26,266 nt of DNA from an uncultured archaeon (GTDB lineage Archaea > Asgardarchaeota > Thorarchaeia > Thorarchaeales > Thorarchaeaceae), in NCBI GenBank assembly GCA_964458565.1, contig CAYWJO010000047.1, positions 1 through 26,266 of the forward strand, in the 5' to 3' direction. The translations under genes and the position numbers were made by a program. Below are positions 17,885 through 26,266 of this stretch, one piece after another. The stretch's first letter is position 1. The number at the start of each line of letters is the position of its first letter. The notes under the pieces are model-generated. The model saw only the letters and a list, made by a program, of their open reading frames with translations. It ran no database searches and had not been told where the DNA came from.

Positions 17885-17896
17885 GTCGATGAGAAG

Positions 17897-18115
17897 ATGA
17901 TTATTCCTATACGATGTTTCACATGTGGAAAAGTAGTAGCTGACAAATTCGAACCGTTCAAGCGACGCGTTAAACAGGGCGAAGACCCCGCAGCAGTCTT
18001 GGATGATTTGGGGCTAAATAGATATTGCTGTCGCCGAATGTTGTTATCTCATATTGATATCATTGATAGCTTCATGGCTTTTGCTTCTACTGAAGAGCTA
18101 ACGGAGGTTAAGTAA
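17897..18115 (+). CDS. rpoN: RNA polymerase subunit N (Rpo10)
   Basis: [32 protein letters not shown]. Confidence 0.98.
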   Translation: MIIPIRCFTCGKVVADKFEPFKRRVKQGEDPAAVLDDLGLNRYCCRRMLLSHIDIIDSFMAFASTEELTEVK

Positions 18116-18753
18116 TGTTAGGTGATAGTGAAATCGCAGAAGTAGACCTATTGACCCCAATGGACAAATATCTAGCAGCAGGTTGTCACATAGGCACTCA
18201 AGTTAAGACGCAGGACATGGAGCCCTTCGTGTATAGGCAACGACCCATTGGTCTCTATGTGTTAGATGTAAGAAAAACTGATGAACGCATCAGAACAGCT
18301 GGTAAATTCATCGCCAGATTTGATCCTCAGAAGATAGTTGCTATCTCAGGGCGTGTATATGGAAAGAGACCTGTGTTCTCCTTTGCACACTATACTGGCT
18401 TTCATGCATTCACTGATCGATTTGTTCCTGGGACCCTTACCAATCCCAATATTGCTGGGCCTCGTATCTATATTGAGCCAGAACTAGTGATTTTGACAGA
18501 CCCTCGGACAGATCAACAGGCTTTATCTGAGGCGGCAAGAATCGGTGTTCCAGTCATAGCGCTTTGTGATACAGACAACGTCACAACAAACGTTGACCTT
18601 GTCATTCCTTCAAACAATAGAGGTAGAAAGGCTCTTGCACTTGTCTATTTTCTTCTAACCAGACAAGTTCTCAGAGAACGTGGCGAGATACCACTAGATG
18701 CTGAAGCAGCTTTCACACCTGAAGATTTTGAACCACAAATTCAACGTTTTTGA
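18115..18753 (+). CDS. rps2: 30S ribosomal protein S2
   Basis: YLAAGCHIGTQ, RFVPGTLTNP, DPRTDQQALSEA, LCDTDN, PSNNRGRKAL. Confidence 0.97.
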   Translation: MLGDSEIAEVDLLTPMDKYLAAGCHIGTQVKTQDMEPFVYRQRPIGLYVLDVRKTDERIRTAGKFIARFDPQKIVAISGRVYGKRPVFSFAHYTGFHAFTDRFVPGTLTNPNIAGPRIYIEPELVILTDPRTDQQALSEAARIGVPVIALCDTDNVTTNVDLVIPSNNRGRKALALVYFLLTRQVLRERGEIPLDAEAAFTPEDFEPQIQRF

Positions 18754-18754
18754 T

Positions 18755-19147
18755 TTATTCAATAATGGATATGACGCCTTTATCGGCGTCAACTTCCACT
18801 TTTTGTCCATTCTCAAGTTTTTCTATATCAATTCTATCAATAGTTGGAATCTCACTGATTATACTTCCCACTGCAACAACAGGGTCTGTTTCTTTGTTGA
18901 TGATTGCCAAGGGTGCTTTTCCAGCTTTCCTAAGTGCATAGAGCACATATGAGCCAACCGTGGAGCCCTTACCCGTCGGGAAGACCAGTATTTTTCCTGC
19001 AATTGATTTTCCTTCCAATTCGTGTCCTTTTTCGACAATCTCTCCTGTATCTGGATCACAGCCCCCATAGAATGAGATGTCATGTGATGTAATTAGAATT
19101 TCACCTACTACCTTTCCTTTGTAGATTTTTCTGCCCTTCAGATTCAT
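18755..19147 (-). CDS. AcnX swivel subunit (DUF126); probable phosphomevalonate dehydratase small subunit
   Basis: ISFYGGCDPDTGEI..GKILVFPTGKGSTVGSYVLY; ATG 19147 overlaps the stop of the large subunit. Confidence 0.88.
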   Translation of the reverse strand: MNLKGRKIYKGKVVGEILITSHDISFYGGCDPDTGEIVEKGHELEGKSIAGKILVFPTGKGSTVGSYVLYALRKAGKAPLAIINKETDPVVAVGSIISEIPTIDRIDIEKLENGQKVEVDADKGVISIIE

Positions 19148-20340
19148 GTTGTTGCCTCCTTGATACATTGTTCTATAGTTCGAATCTCTGTCTTGAAAGA
19201 GTTTTTCCCTCTTGCATAGAAACATGCTTTTGCTGAATCTGTCATAAGCCCCTTAAATCGTCCCTTGAGTGGTGCTACTGCACAACATGCATCACTGACT
19301 AGAAATGCACCAGCTTCTTCGATTTTATCATAGAATCCCATTTTAATCGCGAGATCCTTTGTGGGTTTTGCAGTTGTTATCCACACAGTCTTTCCCTCAG
19401 TCACCTGTTTGTTCTCAAGTAGCTCTGCTATATGTGCAATCTCTCTGATGCTTGCATGTGGACACCCAATACTTATGAAATCAATCTCTGCATCGGCATC
19501 ATCAAGCTGACTTCTGGCCGCAATTAAATCCTCTTGCGTGACAATCTCAGTTTCTTCAGGAATACTAGTCCTGTTTGGTGTGATTCCCTCCATATGGAAT
19601 AGAGCCACACCACCATAGGTTGCAATTGAAGCACAGAAAGATTTCAGCTCTTCGGATGTTGCACGATTGATACCTACAATATAAGGTATCTTTTTTCGAG
19701 TACGTTCACCAATTACTTGACCTAGTAATCCAAAATCATCTGTGTTACGAAGTTTCGCTTTTACTTCATATTTCACCTGTGCTATTCGGTTATTATCAAG
19801 ATGAAATCCGTACTCTGCGGTTCTTCCAGTAAGCGCAGCAGCTAATGCACTAGGACCACCCTCTCTATTTGTACGAGCACCAATAACCGAATTCGCAAAG
19901 CAAACAGCTGATGATTCAGCCCAAGATATATGCTCTCCATAGTGTGGCAAGTTTCCAATAAGATAAGGAGTGCAAGTACATGTAGTGATGACCCCCATCT
20001 TGGCAAATGCATCAATTACTCTCTGCTGGTTGATGGCGAACTCTTCATCAATGCCATGTTTTTTCCATTCAATCAAATCCATTCCAGCAGGATTCAATGT
20101 CGTCAAAGTTCGTACTCTTCCATCGTCAGCCATCTCATCAAGATATTCAAGTCCTGCCTCTCCTAGATTGTGGTATGACACACCCGCAATCTGCACGCTG
20201 GATATTGGTATAAGTCGCTCAGCACCATAAATTTCTCCAAGCGTGGTTATTATCTCCATAGACTTTCTAGTTGCCTTACCCTGCTTTCCATCAAGCATAT
20301 CCTGTTCTTCACTAGTAAGTTGTAGTCCCACTTTACTCAC
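19144..20340 (-). CDS. AcnX catalytic subunit (DUF521); probable phosphomevalonate dehydratase large subunit
   Basis: TTLNPAG, TCTCTPY, WAESSAVCFANSVIGARTNREGG, IGCPHAS, DACC, TDSAK. Confidence 0.9.
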   Translation of the reverse strand: MSKVGLQLTSEEQDMLDGKQGKATRKSMEIITTLGEIYGAERLIPISSVQIAGVSYHNLGEAGLEYLDEMADDGRVRTLTTLNPAGMDLIEWKKHGIDEEFAINQQRVIDAFAKMGVITTCTCTPYLIGNLPHYGEHISWAESSAVCFANSVIGARTNREGGPSALAAALTGRTAEYGFHLDNNRIAQVKYEVKAKLRNTDDFGLLGQVIGERTRKKIPYIVGINRATSEELKSFCASIATYGGVALFHMEGITPNRTSIPEETEIVTQEDLIAARSQLDDADAEIDFISIGCPHASIREIAHIAELLENKQVTEGKTVWITTAKPTKDLAIKMGFYDKIEEAGAFLVSDACCAVAPLKGRFKGLMTDSAKACFYARGKNSFKTEIRTIEQCIKEATT

Positions 20341-21640
20341 CCATATACTTCTTTATATCAACATCAGGGAATTCTGCCTTCTCAAAGCTTTTCCCCTTTG
20401 TTTCCATCGGTTTCGTTACGTCAAAGCCAATCTTTGTTGTGAGTTTAGTCTTAGGTTCAGCACTAGGATCTAACGAGCTACCAGGTTCTCTATCTTTGAT
20501 GAGCATATCTTCATCGCCTTGAAATCGAGTTGCCATTGCCCACTCTCTTTCCTGTTCGTTGTAGATATCTATGTCTTCGTCATAGACCCAAACATGCTTT
20601 GCACTTCTATGCCCCTCGAATGCGCCTTCTAATGCTTTGATGCCATCATCGTCGTTCTTCTTTCGAATCTTGACTGCAACATGTAACCAACTTGTTCCTC
20701 CCGGAGTAATATTGACATCCAACACATCAACTCCCTTTTCCTTAATTTTTCGAAAAATTGTCGGTTCCCGGGGCATTCCCATTAAGATTTTGTGTTCATA
20801 CCTACCTGGTAAAAGTCCTTGCCAGATAGCTGTCTTCCTATGTGTTATTTTCTTTACTTCAAAGATTGGTTCCTGCCTAACCACATCAACAGTCTCTGTC
20901 AGATCTATAAATGGCCCTTCATCATGCTTCTCATCAAGTATAACTTTTCCTTCAAGAACGAATTCTGCGTCTGCAGGTATCAACAAATCATTAGTCTTGG
21001 TTCTTGTGACATTTATTGGTTTCAATGCATTGGCAATCTCTAGCTCATTTATCCCAGTTTCCACCGATGTTGCTGCCGCTATTAGGACTTCTGGAGTATT
21101 TCCTATACAATATGCAACCTCGACCTCACCATTCTTTTCTAGATATTTATGAAAATCTCTACCACGAACAACTCTTGTGACCATCCGATCCTTTCCAATC
21201 TGCATCGCACGATGAAAGTCTAGATTCTGACCGTATTCAGGATCAACTGAAACAACAACTCCTGATGAGATATAGGGGCCTCCATCCACCACGTTATGCA
21301 GAAGCAACGGTAATTTATCTAAGTTGACAGTTTCTTCTACAATTTCCTGACATGGGGCTGAATCGACAATAGTAGGACTACTTCTTTTCTCAATTGCAGT
21401 GGTTAAAGTTGGGATTATTTCTTCTGTCTTGATTCCAAAATAGTCTGCAATCTGTTCCTTGGTACAGAAGAGATTTCCTGCAACACGAAACTCTGACTCA
21501 TTTACATTTTCAAACAAGACTGGTGTCGGTTCCAGTGCCTTCAGAACCCCAGCAATCTCAAGGTTTTTTGAGATTCCGTTTTGAATCCTAATTAATTTCT
21601 CATCATTAGATAGTTTCTCTATATATTGTTCAAGTATCAT
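20333..21640 (-). CDS. UbiD-family decarboxylase; probable trans-anhydromevalonate-5-phosphate decarboxylase
   Basis: DGGPYISSG, FHR, AEFVLEG, EGPFIDLT, WAMATRFQ, SSLDPS, KIGFDVT; operon context. Confidence 0.88.
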   Translation of the reverse strand: MILEQYIEKLSNDEKLIRIQNGISKNLEIAGVLKALEPTPVLFENVNESEFRVAGNLFCTKEQIADYFGIKTEEIIPTLTTAIEKRSSPTIVDSAPCQEIVEETVNLDKLPLLLHNVVDGGPYISSGVVVSVDPEYGQNLDFHRAMQIGKDRMVTRVVRGRDFHKYLEKNGEVEVAYCIGNTPEVLIAAATSVETGINELEIANALKPINVTRTKTNDLLIPADAEFVLEGKVILDEKHDEGPFIDLTETVDVVRQEPIFEVKKITHRKTAIWQGLLPGRYEHKILMGMPREPTIFRKIKEKGVDVLDVNITPGGTSWLHVAVKIRKKNDDDGIKALEGAFEGHRSAKHVWVYDEDIDIYNEQEREWAMATRFQGDEDMLIKDREPGSSLDPSAEPKTKLTTKIGFDVTKPMETKGKSFEKAEFPDVDIKKYMGE

Positions 21641-21649
21641 TGTTCCACC

Positions 21650-22591
21650 TCACAATCCAAATTCTGTAATCCATGAGGCAACAGCTCCTCCCTTTTCAAG
21701 AGCCTCTGCGATTCTTTCAGCTGACTTTCTATCCTGGGCGAGAGATATCATATTTCCTCCCCTTCCTGTTCCAGTCATCTTGGCACCCAATGCACCATTC
21801 TCTCGAGCTATATTCACCAAATTATCTAATTCCGTGCAGGAAACAGTCAACTGCTGGAGTAAATCATGATTTTTGTTCATGAGTTTACCTACTCTATTTC
21901 TATCAATTCTCATTAAGGCATCACGAGCATCATTCACTAGTTCCTTGTACTCACTGACTATTCTCTCAAACCATGCAGGATCATTCTCTTTCTTTGTTCG
22001 AACATCTCCCACTACTTCTTTCGTACTGGCAGTGAGACCGGTTGTCGCTATCACAAGGTGCATCGATTCTTTTAATTTCAATGCTTCAAATGCAGGTGAC
22101 CCTCCTCCCATGTCCCTGATGAACCATATGAGTCCCCCATATGTTGAGGCTGTATTGTCTATGCCTGATGGAACACCATGATATCCTTTCTCACCCTCAT
22201 ATCCTGCTTGATTTATCTGTTCTAAACTAAAGTCAAGTCCAAACTCAGCATCTAATGCCTTGGCAAGAGCTACGCAGCTCGCAGCACTCGCACCAACACC
22301 TGATGCGCACACTAAATCTCCGGCGAGCTCGATATGAATTCCCTCTCGTGATAGGTCTATATCGCAGTAGTTCAGAACATTATCGATTGAAACTCTCTGT
22401 TCATCTGCTTTCTTTTCCTTATAGCCAGACATTGCTGGTCTATTATCATCTAGTGACCATCCTGGTGTGTCCTTTCTTGTAACTATAGCAACAGTTTCCA
22501 ATGCTATACCTGCTGCTATAGCTGGAATTCCATAAACAACAAAATGTTCTCCAAAGAGTATTGATTTACCCTTGCCACTTCCTTGTCCCAT
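21650..22591 (-). CDS. mvk: Mevalonate kinase
   Basis: GKSILFGEHFVVYG, ASGVGASAA, HGVPSGIDN, GAKMTGTGRGG; start taken at ATG 22591. Confidence 0.92.
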   Translation of the reverse strand: MGQGSGKGKSILFGEHFVVYGIPAIAAGIALETVAIVTRKDTPGWSLDDNRPAMSGYKEKKADEQRVSIDNVLNYCDIDLSREGIHIELAGDLVCASGVGASAASCVALAKALDAEFGLDFSLEQINQAGYEGEKGYHGVPSGIDNTASTYGGLIWFIRDMGGGSPAFEALKLKESMHLVIATTGLTASTKEVVGDVRTKKENDPAWFERIVSEYKELVNDARDALMRIDRNRVGKLMNKNHDLLQQLTVSCTELDNLVNIARENGALGAKMTGTGRGGNMISLAQDRKSAERIAEALEKGGAVASWITEFGL

Positions 22592-22698
22592 TGGTGCACA
22601 CTCTTCTCCGAGTTCTGATGCCGCTTTATCCCTTCGGTGCATTTGAATCTATTCTTCAGCAAAGAGTTAAGTTCTCACCAAGTGCCATTATCTTTATC

Positions 22699-23664
22699 AT
22701 GCCCTTCAGGATACTCGACCTCTTCAGTGGTGCAGGTGGTTTCTCGTCTGGTTTCATAAGTCCCTCAAGACATCATCTTGCAGTTGACATAGATCCCTTA
22801 CCACTTGAAACATACAAGTATAACTATCCGAAAGCTAAGATATTTCAACGTGATATTAGCAGTCTGCATTCGTTAGAACTTGAACAAACGTTCGGAATTC
22901 CTGATGTAATATTAGCCTCTCCTCCCTGTGAGGAATTTAGTCTGGCAAATCCAAAAAGTGAGATATCTGCTGCTGAACGTATTTATGGTACTGGTACCGC
23001 ACGATTGCTTTTAGATGCGATTCGTATCATTGGTGATTTAGAACCCTCTGTTTTTGTGATTGAGAATGTGGCAGCGATATTGAAATCTGGAGGTCGTGAG
23101 ATTATTCAAAGTGAAATGAAACAAGCTGGATTGGAAAATATTCATTTCAATATGATTCGAGCTCATCAACATGGGAATCCATCAAAACGGCTTCGTGTTT
23201 TTATTAGCAACATCAAGTTGAACCTCCGGAAAAGCCCTCCAAAAACGGTCATGGATACCATTGGGGACTTGCCTCCCAAAGGGATTGATGCGCTATTTCA
23301 TGTATACGAAGATATCCCTAATCATGAAAGCCCTTCACTTACAGAAGACAGAATAAAGAAAGTCAGGAAAACTCCTTGGCGTCATGGTGCCAAACACTTT
23401 CGTGTGGCTCGTGATAGAACCATACCAAACTGGGTGAGATTAGCACCTGACCAGATAGCTACATCAATCATTGGGCTCGCTCGGTATATCCACCCATATG
23501 AGAATCGACTTCTAACTGTTAGAGAACACGCTCGATTAATGTCATATCCCGATGATTTTATCTTTAAGGGACATCTGACAAGTCAATACAATCAAGTTGG
23601 TGAATCGGTGCCACCTATAATTTCCCATCTTATTGCACAGGAGGTTCTAGCTGCAATTGAATGA
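22699..23664 (+). CDS. C5-cytosine methyltransferase (Dcm/Dnmt2 fold)
   Basis: DLFSGAGG, SPPCEEFS, IENV, R.R (KRLRVF), HPYENRLLTVREHARLMSYPDDF, QVGESVPP; start at ATG 22699. Confidence 0.9.
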   Translation: MPFRILDLFSGAGGFSSGFISPSRHHLAVDIDPLPLETYKYNYPKAKIFQRDISSLHSLELEQTFGIPDVILASPPCEEFSLANPKSEISAAERIYGTGTARLLLDAIRIIGDLEPSVFVIENVAAILKSGGREIIQSEMKQAGLENIHFNMIRAHQHGNPSKRLRVFISNIKLNLRKSPPKTVMDTIGDLPPKGIDALFHVYEDIPNHESPSLTEDRIKKVRKTPWRHGAKHFRVARDRTIPNWVRLAPDQIATSIIGLARYIHPYENRLLTVREHARLMSYPDDFIFKGHLTSQYNQVGESVPPIISHLIAQEVLAAIE

Positions 23665-24127
23665 ATCAATAGAAAATGTATATGTTGTTCTGCATAATAT
23701 TCATGCAGTGTCTAAAGTAGTTGAAACTGCCCAAGTTGTTTATGGACTTGGTTTCTCTCACTTCATTGTGTCAAAAGCTGAAGGCTCTGCCGCTCAGACT
23801 GGTGTTCCAGAAGCTAACAAAATTGCAATGAAGATGAACCGTAGTTTTATGGTTCTTCCTAGTCTGAATGATGTAATAGAACTTCTAAGCGTAGAACGCC
23901 CTCTATTGATCACATCACCAGTTCTAACCAAAGAACGTATTGATTTACAGGATTTAGAACGAAAGGTCAAGTCCAAAGAACGGATAGTTATTGTGCTATC
24001 CGGAAGTAATAGCTCCTTCTCTCGAAAAGAAATGGATCTGGGCGAGTGTGTCAGTCTTGATGCTAAGATTGACATTGGTCCTGCTGGAACTATAGCTGTC
24101 ATACTCTATGGGATTCTGGGCAGATAA
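23657..24127 (+). CDS. Probable DUF2122/COG4080 SPOUT-like protein
   Basis: VVLHNIHAVSKVVETAQVVYGLG..SKAEGSAAQTGVPEANK..LPSLNDVIELL..FSRKEMDLG, recognised from memory; overlaps the MTase stop codon. Confidence 0.7.
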   Translation: MNESIENVYVVLHNIHAVSKVVETAQVVYGLGFSHFIVSKAEGSAAQTGVPEANKIAMKMNRSFMVLPSLNDVIELLSVERPLLITSPVLTKERIDLQDLERKVKSKERIVIVLSGSNSSFSRKEMDLGECVSLDAKIDIGPAGTIAVILYGILGR

Positions 24128-24213
24128 CAATAATTGGCGAGCTCATAGATATGCTGTTTCTTCCCTGCTGAGAAACAGTTGTTGAAACACAATTCAATTA
24201 CAATTATGAGAGA

Positions 24214-24244
24214 TGGTGGGCCGGGTGAGATTTGAACTCACGAT
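24214..24244 (-). repeat. Isolated tRNA 3' fragment (T-arm + acceptor strand + CCA), att-like
   Basis: ATC-GTGAG-TTCAAAT-CTCAC-CCGGCCC-ACCA on the minus strand; no anticodon or D-arm upstream. Confidence 0.85.
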
Positions 24245-24324
24245 TATACCAGAAGTGAAACAAACAAGGTAGAATTGTGATTGTATTTAATAATCAAGAA
24301 ATCATCCAAGTACGTTGAACTCTC

Positions 24325-26124
24325 ATGCTTCAAATGATTATCAATGCAATATTCGAGAATGTTGAACCTAGGGATTTGAAAGTTCTATATGATGGTGAAA
24401 TCCCTTCGTGGATTGACGCTTCAGAAATAACAGGAGTCCAATTTGGTCCCTCGCATATTGATAGAGAGCTGGATACAATCGTAGTGACTCCTGTATCTGT
24501 TGATGTTCTTCTCAGTATTCCAACATCCATAGATGAAGCAACCAAGTCTATGAAGGTTCAGTTATGCAAGTTTTCGCTGGACGAGCTTGGAATAGGAAAA
24601 TGGATTCCCTTTGGACGACTTCACTATACTACCAGACGCTTTGAGGATGTCACATTACTACGTACTCTTGAACTCTCAGAAATCCGTTATCTGCAACCTC
24701 TCGAATATGATGATGTGCGACGACCATACCAACGGCTAGAGGACATGATTCTGAGAGCATTGCTCATCCTCAACAGAGGACTGGAGGGATGTGTATCATC
24801 TACCTGTAAAGTCATGCTTGACACAAGAGCGAAGATGTACAGAGTTGTCTTCACTGATAGGGATTCCGAGAATGTGATTGGAGAGATATTGATCCGCAGA
24901 ACTGTGGATCTTCTAGAAATCCTCAGGCGTCCTGATACGGACTGTGAGCCCGTCATTGTGAAAGAACAACGTCTGATATGGAACAGGTTCAGGGATATCT
25001 CCTATGATGAGGACGTGGCACTGCTCAAACCCTGGGTCGCCAGACGTAACCCTTTTCCAGAAATGAGTCTGAACCTTCCACCTACGGCACAAGACCTGCT
25101 ATCTTCCTCCAAGGAATTGGATATCACTATAGAATTATACCATGATCCGTGGACCTGTCCTCTGAAACATATCTCTCTGGAAGACATAGACCGACAGCAT
25201 CGCTTGGCACGGTCAGTAAAGCATCACTACCTCTTCGACACTGGGAGTTCTTATGGCGAGCCCGTCCATGTCAGTAACGAACCAGGTGTACATCATGGCT
25301 CATGCTGGAGAGTTCATATTGATACTCCAATCAAGATTACTCCAGAATTACGGGAGATAATAGAAACCCGGTTCACTGATGGGCAGGTACGGTCACTCTT
25401 GAGTTCACAAGAAATTATCTACTGGTCTGAAGAGCGACAAACATGGGTGACCCATACTTTCAAACTAGTGGTCAGAGAGAGCTGTATTGAAGAGGTAAAG
25501 GAGTCCTGGCACCTTCGCATGATGGTGGCAGAGTTGACCGGTCAGAGGTACGACTCGCAGTTTCCCGGATTGTACCTGCAGAATCCTGATACATGGAACC
25601 CCTACATCATCATCGAACCAGAGTATGTGACGGTTGGTCTGAGAAAGAAGGAAACCAGACAGACCAGAGAGAAGAGAGTTTCTGAAAGAAATGTTGCTCT
25701 GAAGTACCGATTTCAAGTACAAGAACTACTAGAAGGTGAGATGAAGGGTCTTCTGGAAGAATTGGGAATAGTGCCAAACAGGAGATTAACATCAGAGATT
25801 CAGGGAGCGATATCTGACTCTCTTGAGATATATGGGTTGAAAGAAGGCAAGGCAGAGGTAGAGTTTGATGGTGTGATTATTGAACAAGATACAGTAGGTG
25901 GGCGTATTCTCTTTGTAGTCTTGGTATCGGAACTTGAAATTCACAAGGTCCCTGTCACTGGACACCTGCATGATATTCGGCAGATTGGTCGAATTAGGAG
26001 AGCAGAATTTGAGAGTGAAGTTAGGTCACTTCTTGAAGAGTATAATCTCACTGATGTTGATAGGGCCAGAGCTGTGAGCGAATGTATCAAAGTAATGAAA
26101 GAAGAGAAACTAATTACTAGATAG
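24325..26124 (+). CDS. Uncharacterised protein (family copy C), possibly 5'-decayed
   Basis: 599 aa with WNRFRDISY, LKPWV, LYHDPWTCP, HGSCW and GQVRSLLSS, colinear with copies A and B. The upstream frame continues toward the tRNA fragment through two TGA stops. Confidence 0.75.
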   Translation: MLQMIINAIFENVEPRDLKVLYDGEIPSWIDASEITGVQFGPSHIDRELDTIVVTPVSVDVLLSIPTSIDEATKSMKVQLCKFSLDELGIGKWIPFGRLHYTTRRFEDVTLLRTLELSEIRYLQPLEYDDVRRPYQRLEDMILRALLILNRGLEGCVSSTCKVMLDTRAKMYRVVFTDRDSENVIGEILIRRTVDLLEILRRPDTDCEPVIVKEQRLIWNRFRDISYDEDVALLKPWVARRNPFPEMSLNLPPTAQDLLSSSKELDITIELYHDPWTCPLKHISLEDIDRQHRLARSVKHHYLFDTGSSYGEPVHVSNEPGVHHGSCWRVHIDTPIKITPELREIIETRFTDGQVRSLLSSQEIIYWSEERQTWVTHTFKLVVRESCIEEVKESWHLRMMVAELTGQRYDSQFPGLYLQNPDTWNPYIIIEPEYVTVGLRKKETRQTREKRVSERNVALKYRFQVQELLEGEMKGLLEELGIVPNRRLTSEIQGAISDSLEIYGLKEGKAEVEFDGVIIEQDTVGGRILFVVLVSELEIHKVPVTGHLHDIRQIGRIRRAEFESEVRSLLEEYNLTDVDRARAVSECIKVMKEEKLITR

Positions 26125-26187
26125 AGCTTGTCTTATATCCGTTGATGGAATATCTTTATCAATTCCACCAAGTGATTCAATTCATAT

Positions 26188-26264
26188 GGGTCGGTGGTCT
26201 AGCTTGGTATGATTCGTGGTTCGGATCCACGGGATCGGGCGTTCAAATCGCCTCCGGCCCACCA
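26188..26264 (+). tRNA. tRNA-Pro(CGG), CCA encoded
   Basis: GGGTCGG/CCGGCCC + ACCA; anticodon arm CGTGG-TTCGGAT-CCACG; T-arm GGGCG-TTCAAAT-CGCCT. Confidence 0.93.
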
Positions 26265-26266
26265 TT

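Noticed and set aside
20637-21152. 171-aa antisense ORF and similar shadow ORFs (e.g. 5569..5991, 13027..13386, 16651..16983)
   Set aside because: They lie opposite well-supported conserved genes and have Ser-rich shadow-frame composition.
22561-22698. Overlapping N-terminal extensions of the divergent mvk and MTase ORFs
   Set aside because: Conserved motifs begin right after ATG 22591 and ATG 22699; the longer starts are ORF-caller artefacts.
24241-24324. TGA recoding (Sec or Trp) extending copy C upstream
   Set aside because: Core genes use TGA as a normal stop and no SECIS is evident; pseudogene decay or chance is simpler.

Overview
Archaeal chromosome segment, most consistent with an Asgard archaeon (Thorarchaeia-like; inferred from gene content, not from a search). 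The right two-thirds (10.3-24.1 kb) is core genome: aIF5B, ndk, L24e-S28e-L7Ae, egsA, a small GTPase, the rpoD-L18e-L13-S9-rpoN-S2 operon, an archaeal modified mevalonate operon (MVK, UbiD-type decarboxylase, AcnX large and small subunits) and a C5-methyltransferase/SPOUT-like pair. The left ~9.7 kb is an accessory array between an SRP RNA gene and an intron-containing tRNA-Ser(GCT). It is divided into gene cassettes by direct repeats made of the tRNA 5' end, usually with its leader and promoter (the intact gene plus 4 displaced copies), and it also holds a 104-bp copy of the SRP RNA 3' end. Three 5'-truncated members of one protein family I cannot recognise (WN..DI.Y / HD..CP / H.SCW motifs) each lie next to a tRNA or SRP RNA fragment, including one at 24.2-26.3 kb. 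This points to relics of an integrative element family that targets structural RNA genes. No integrase is present in the window.
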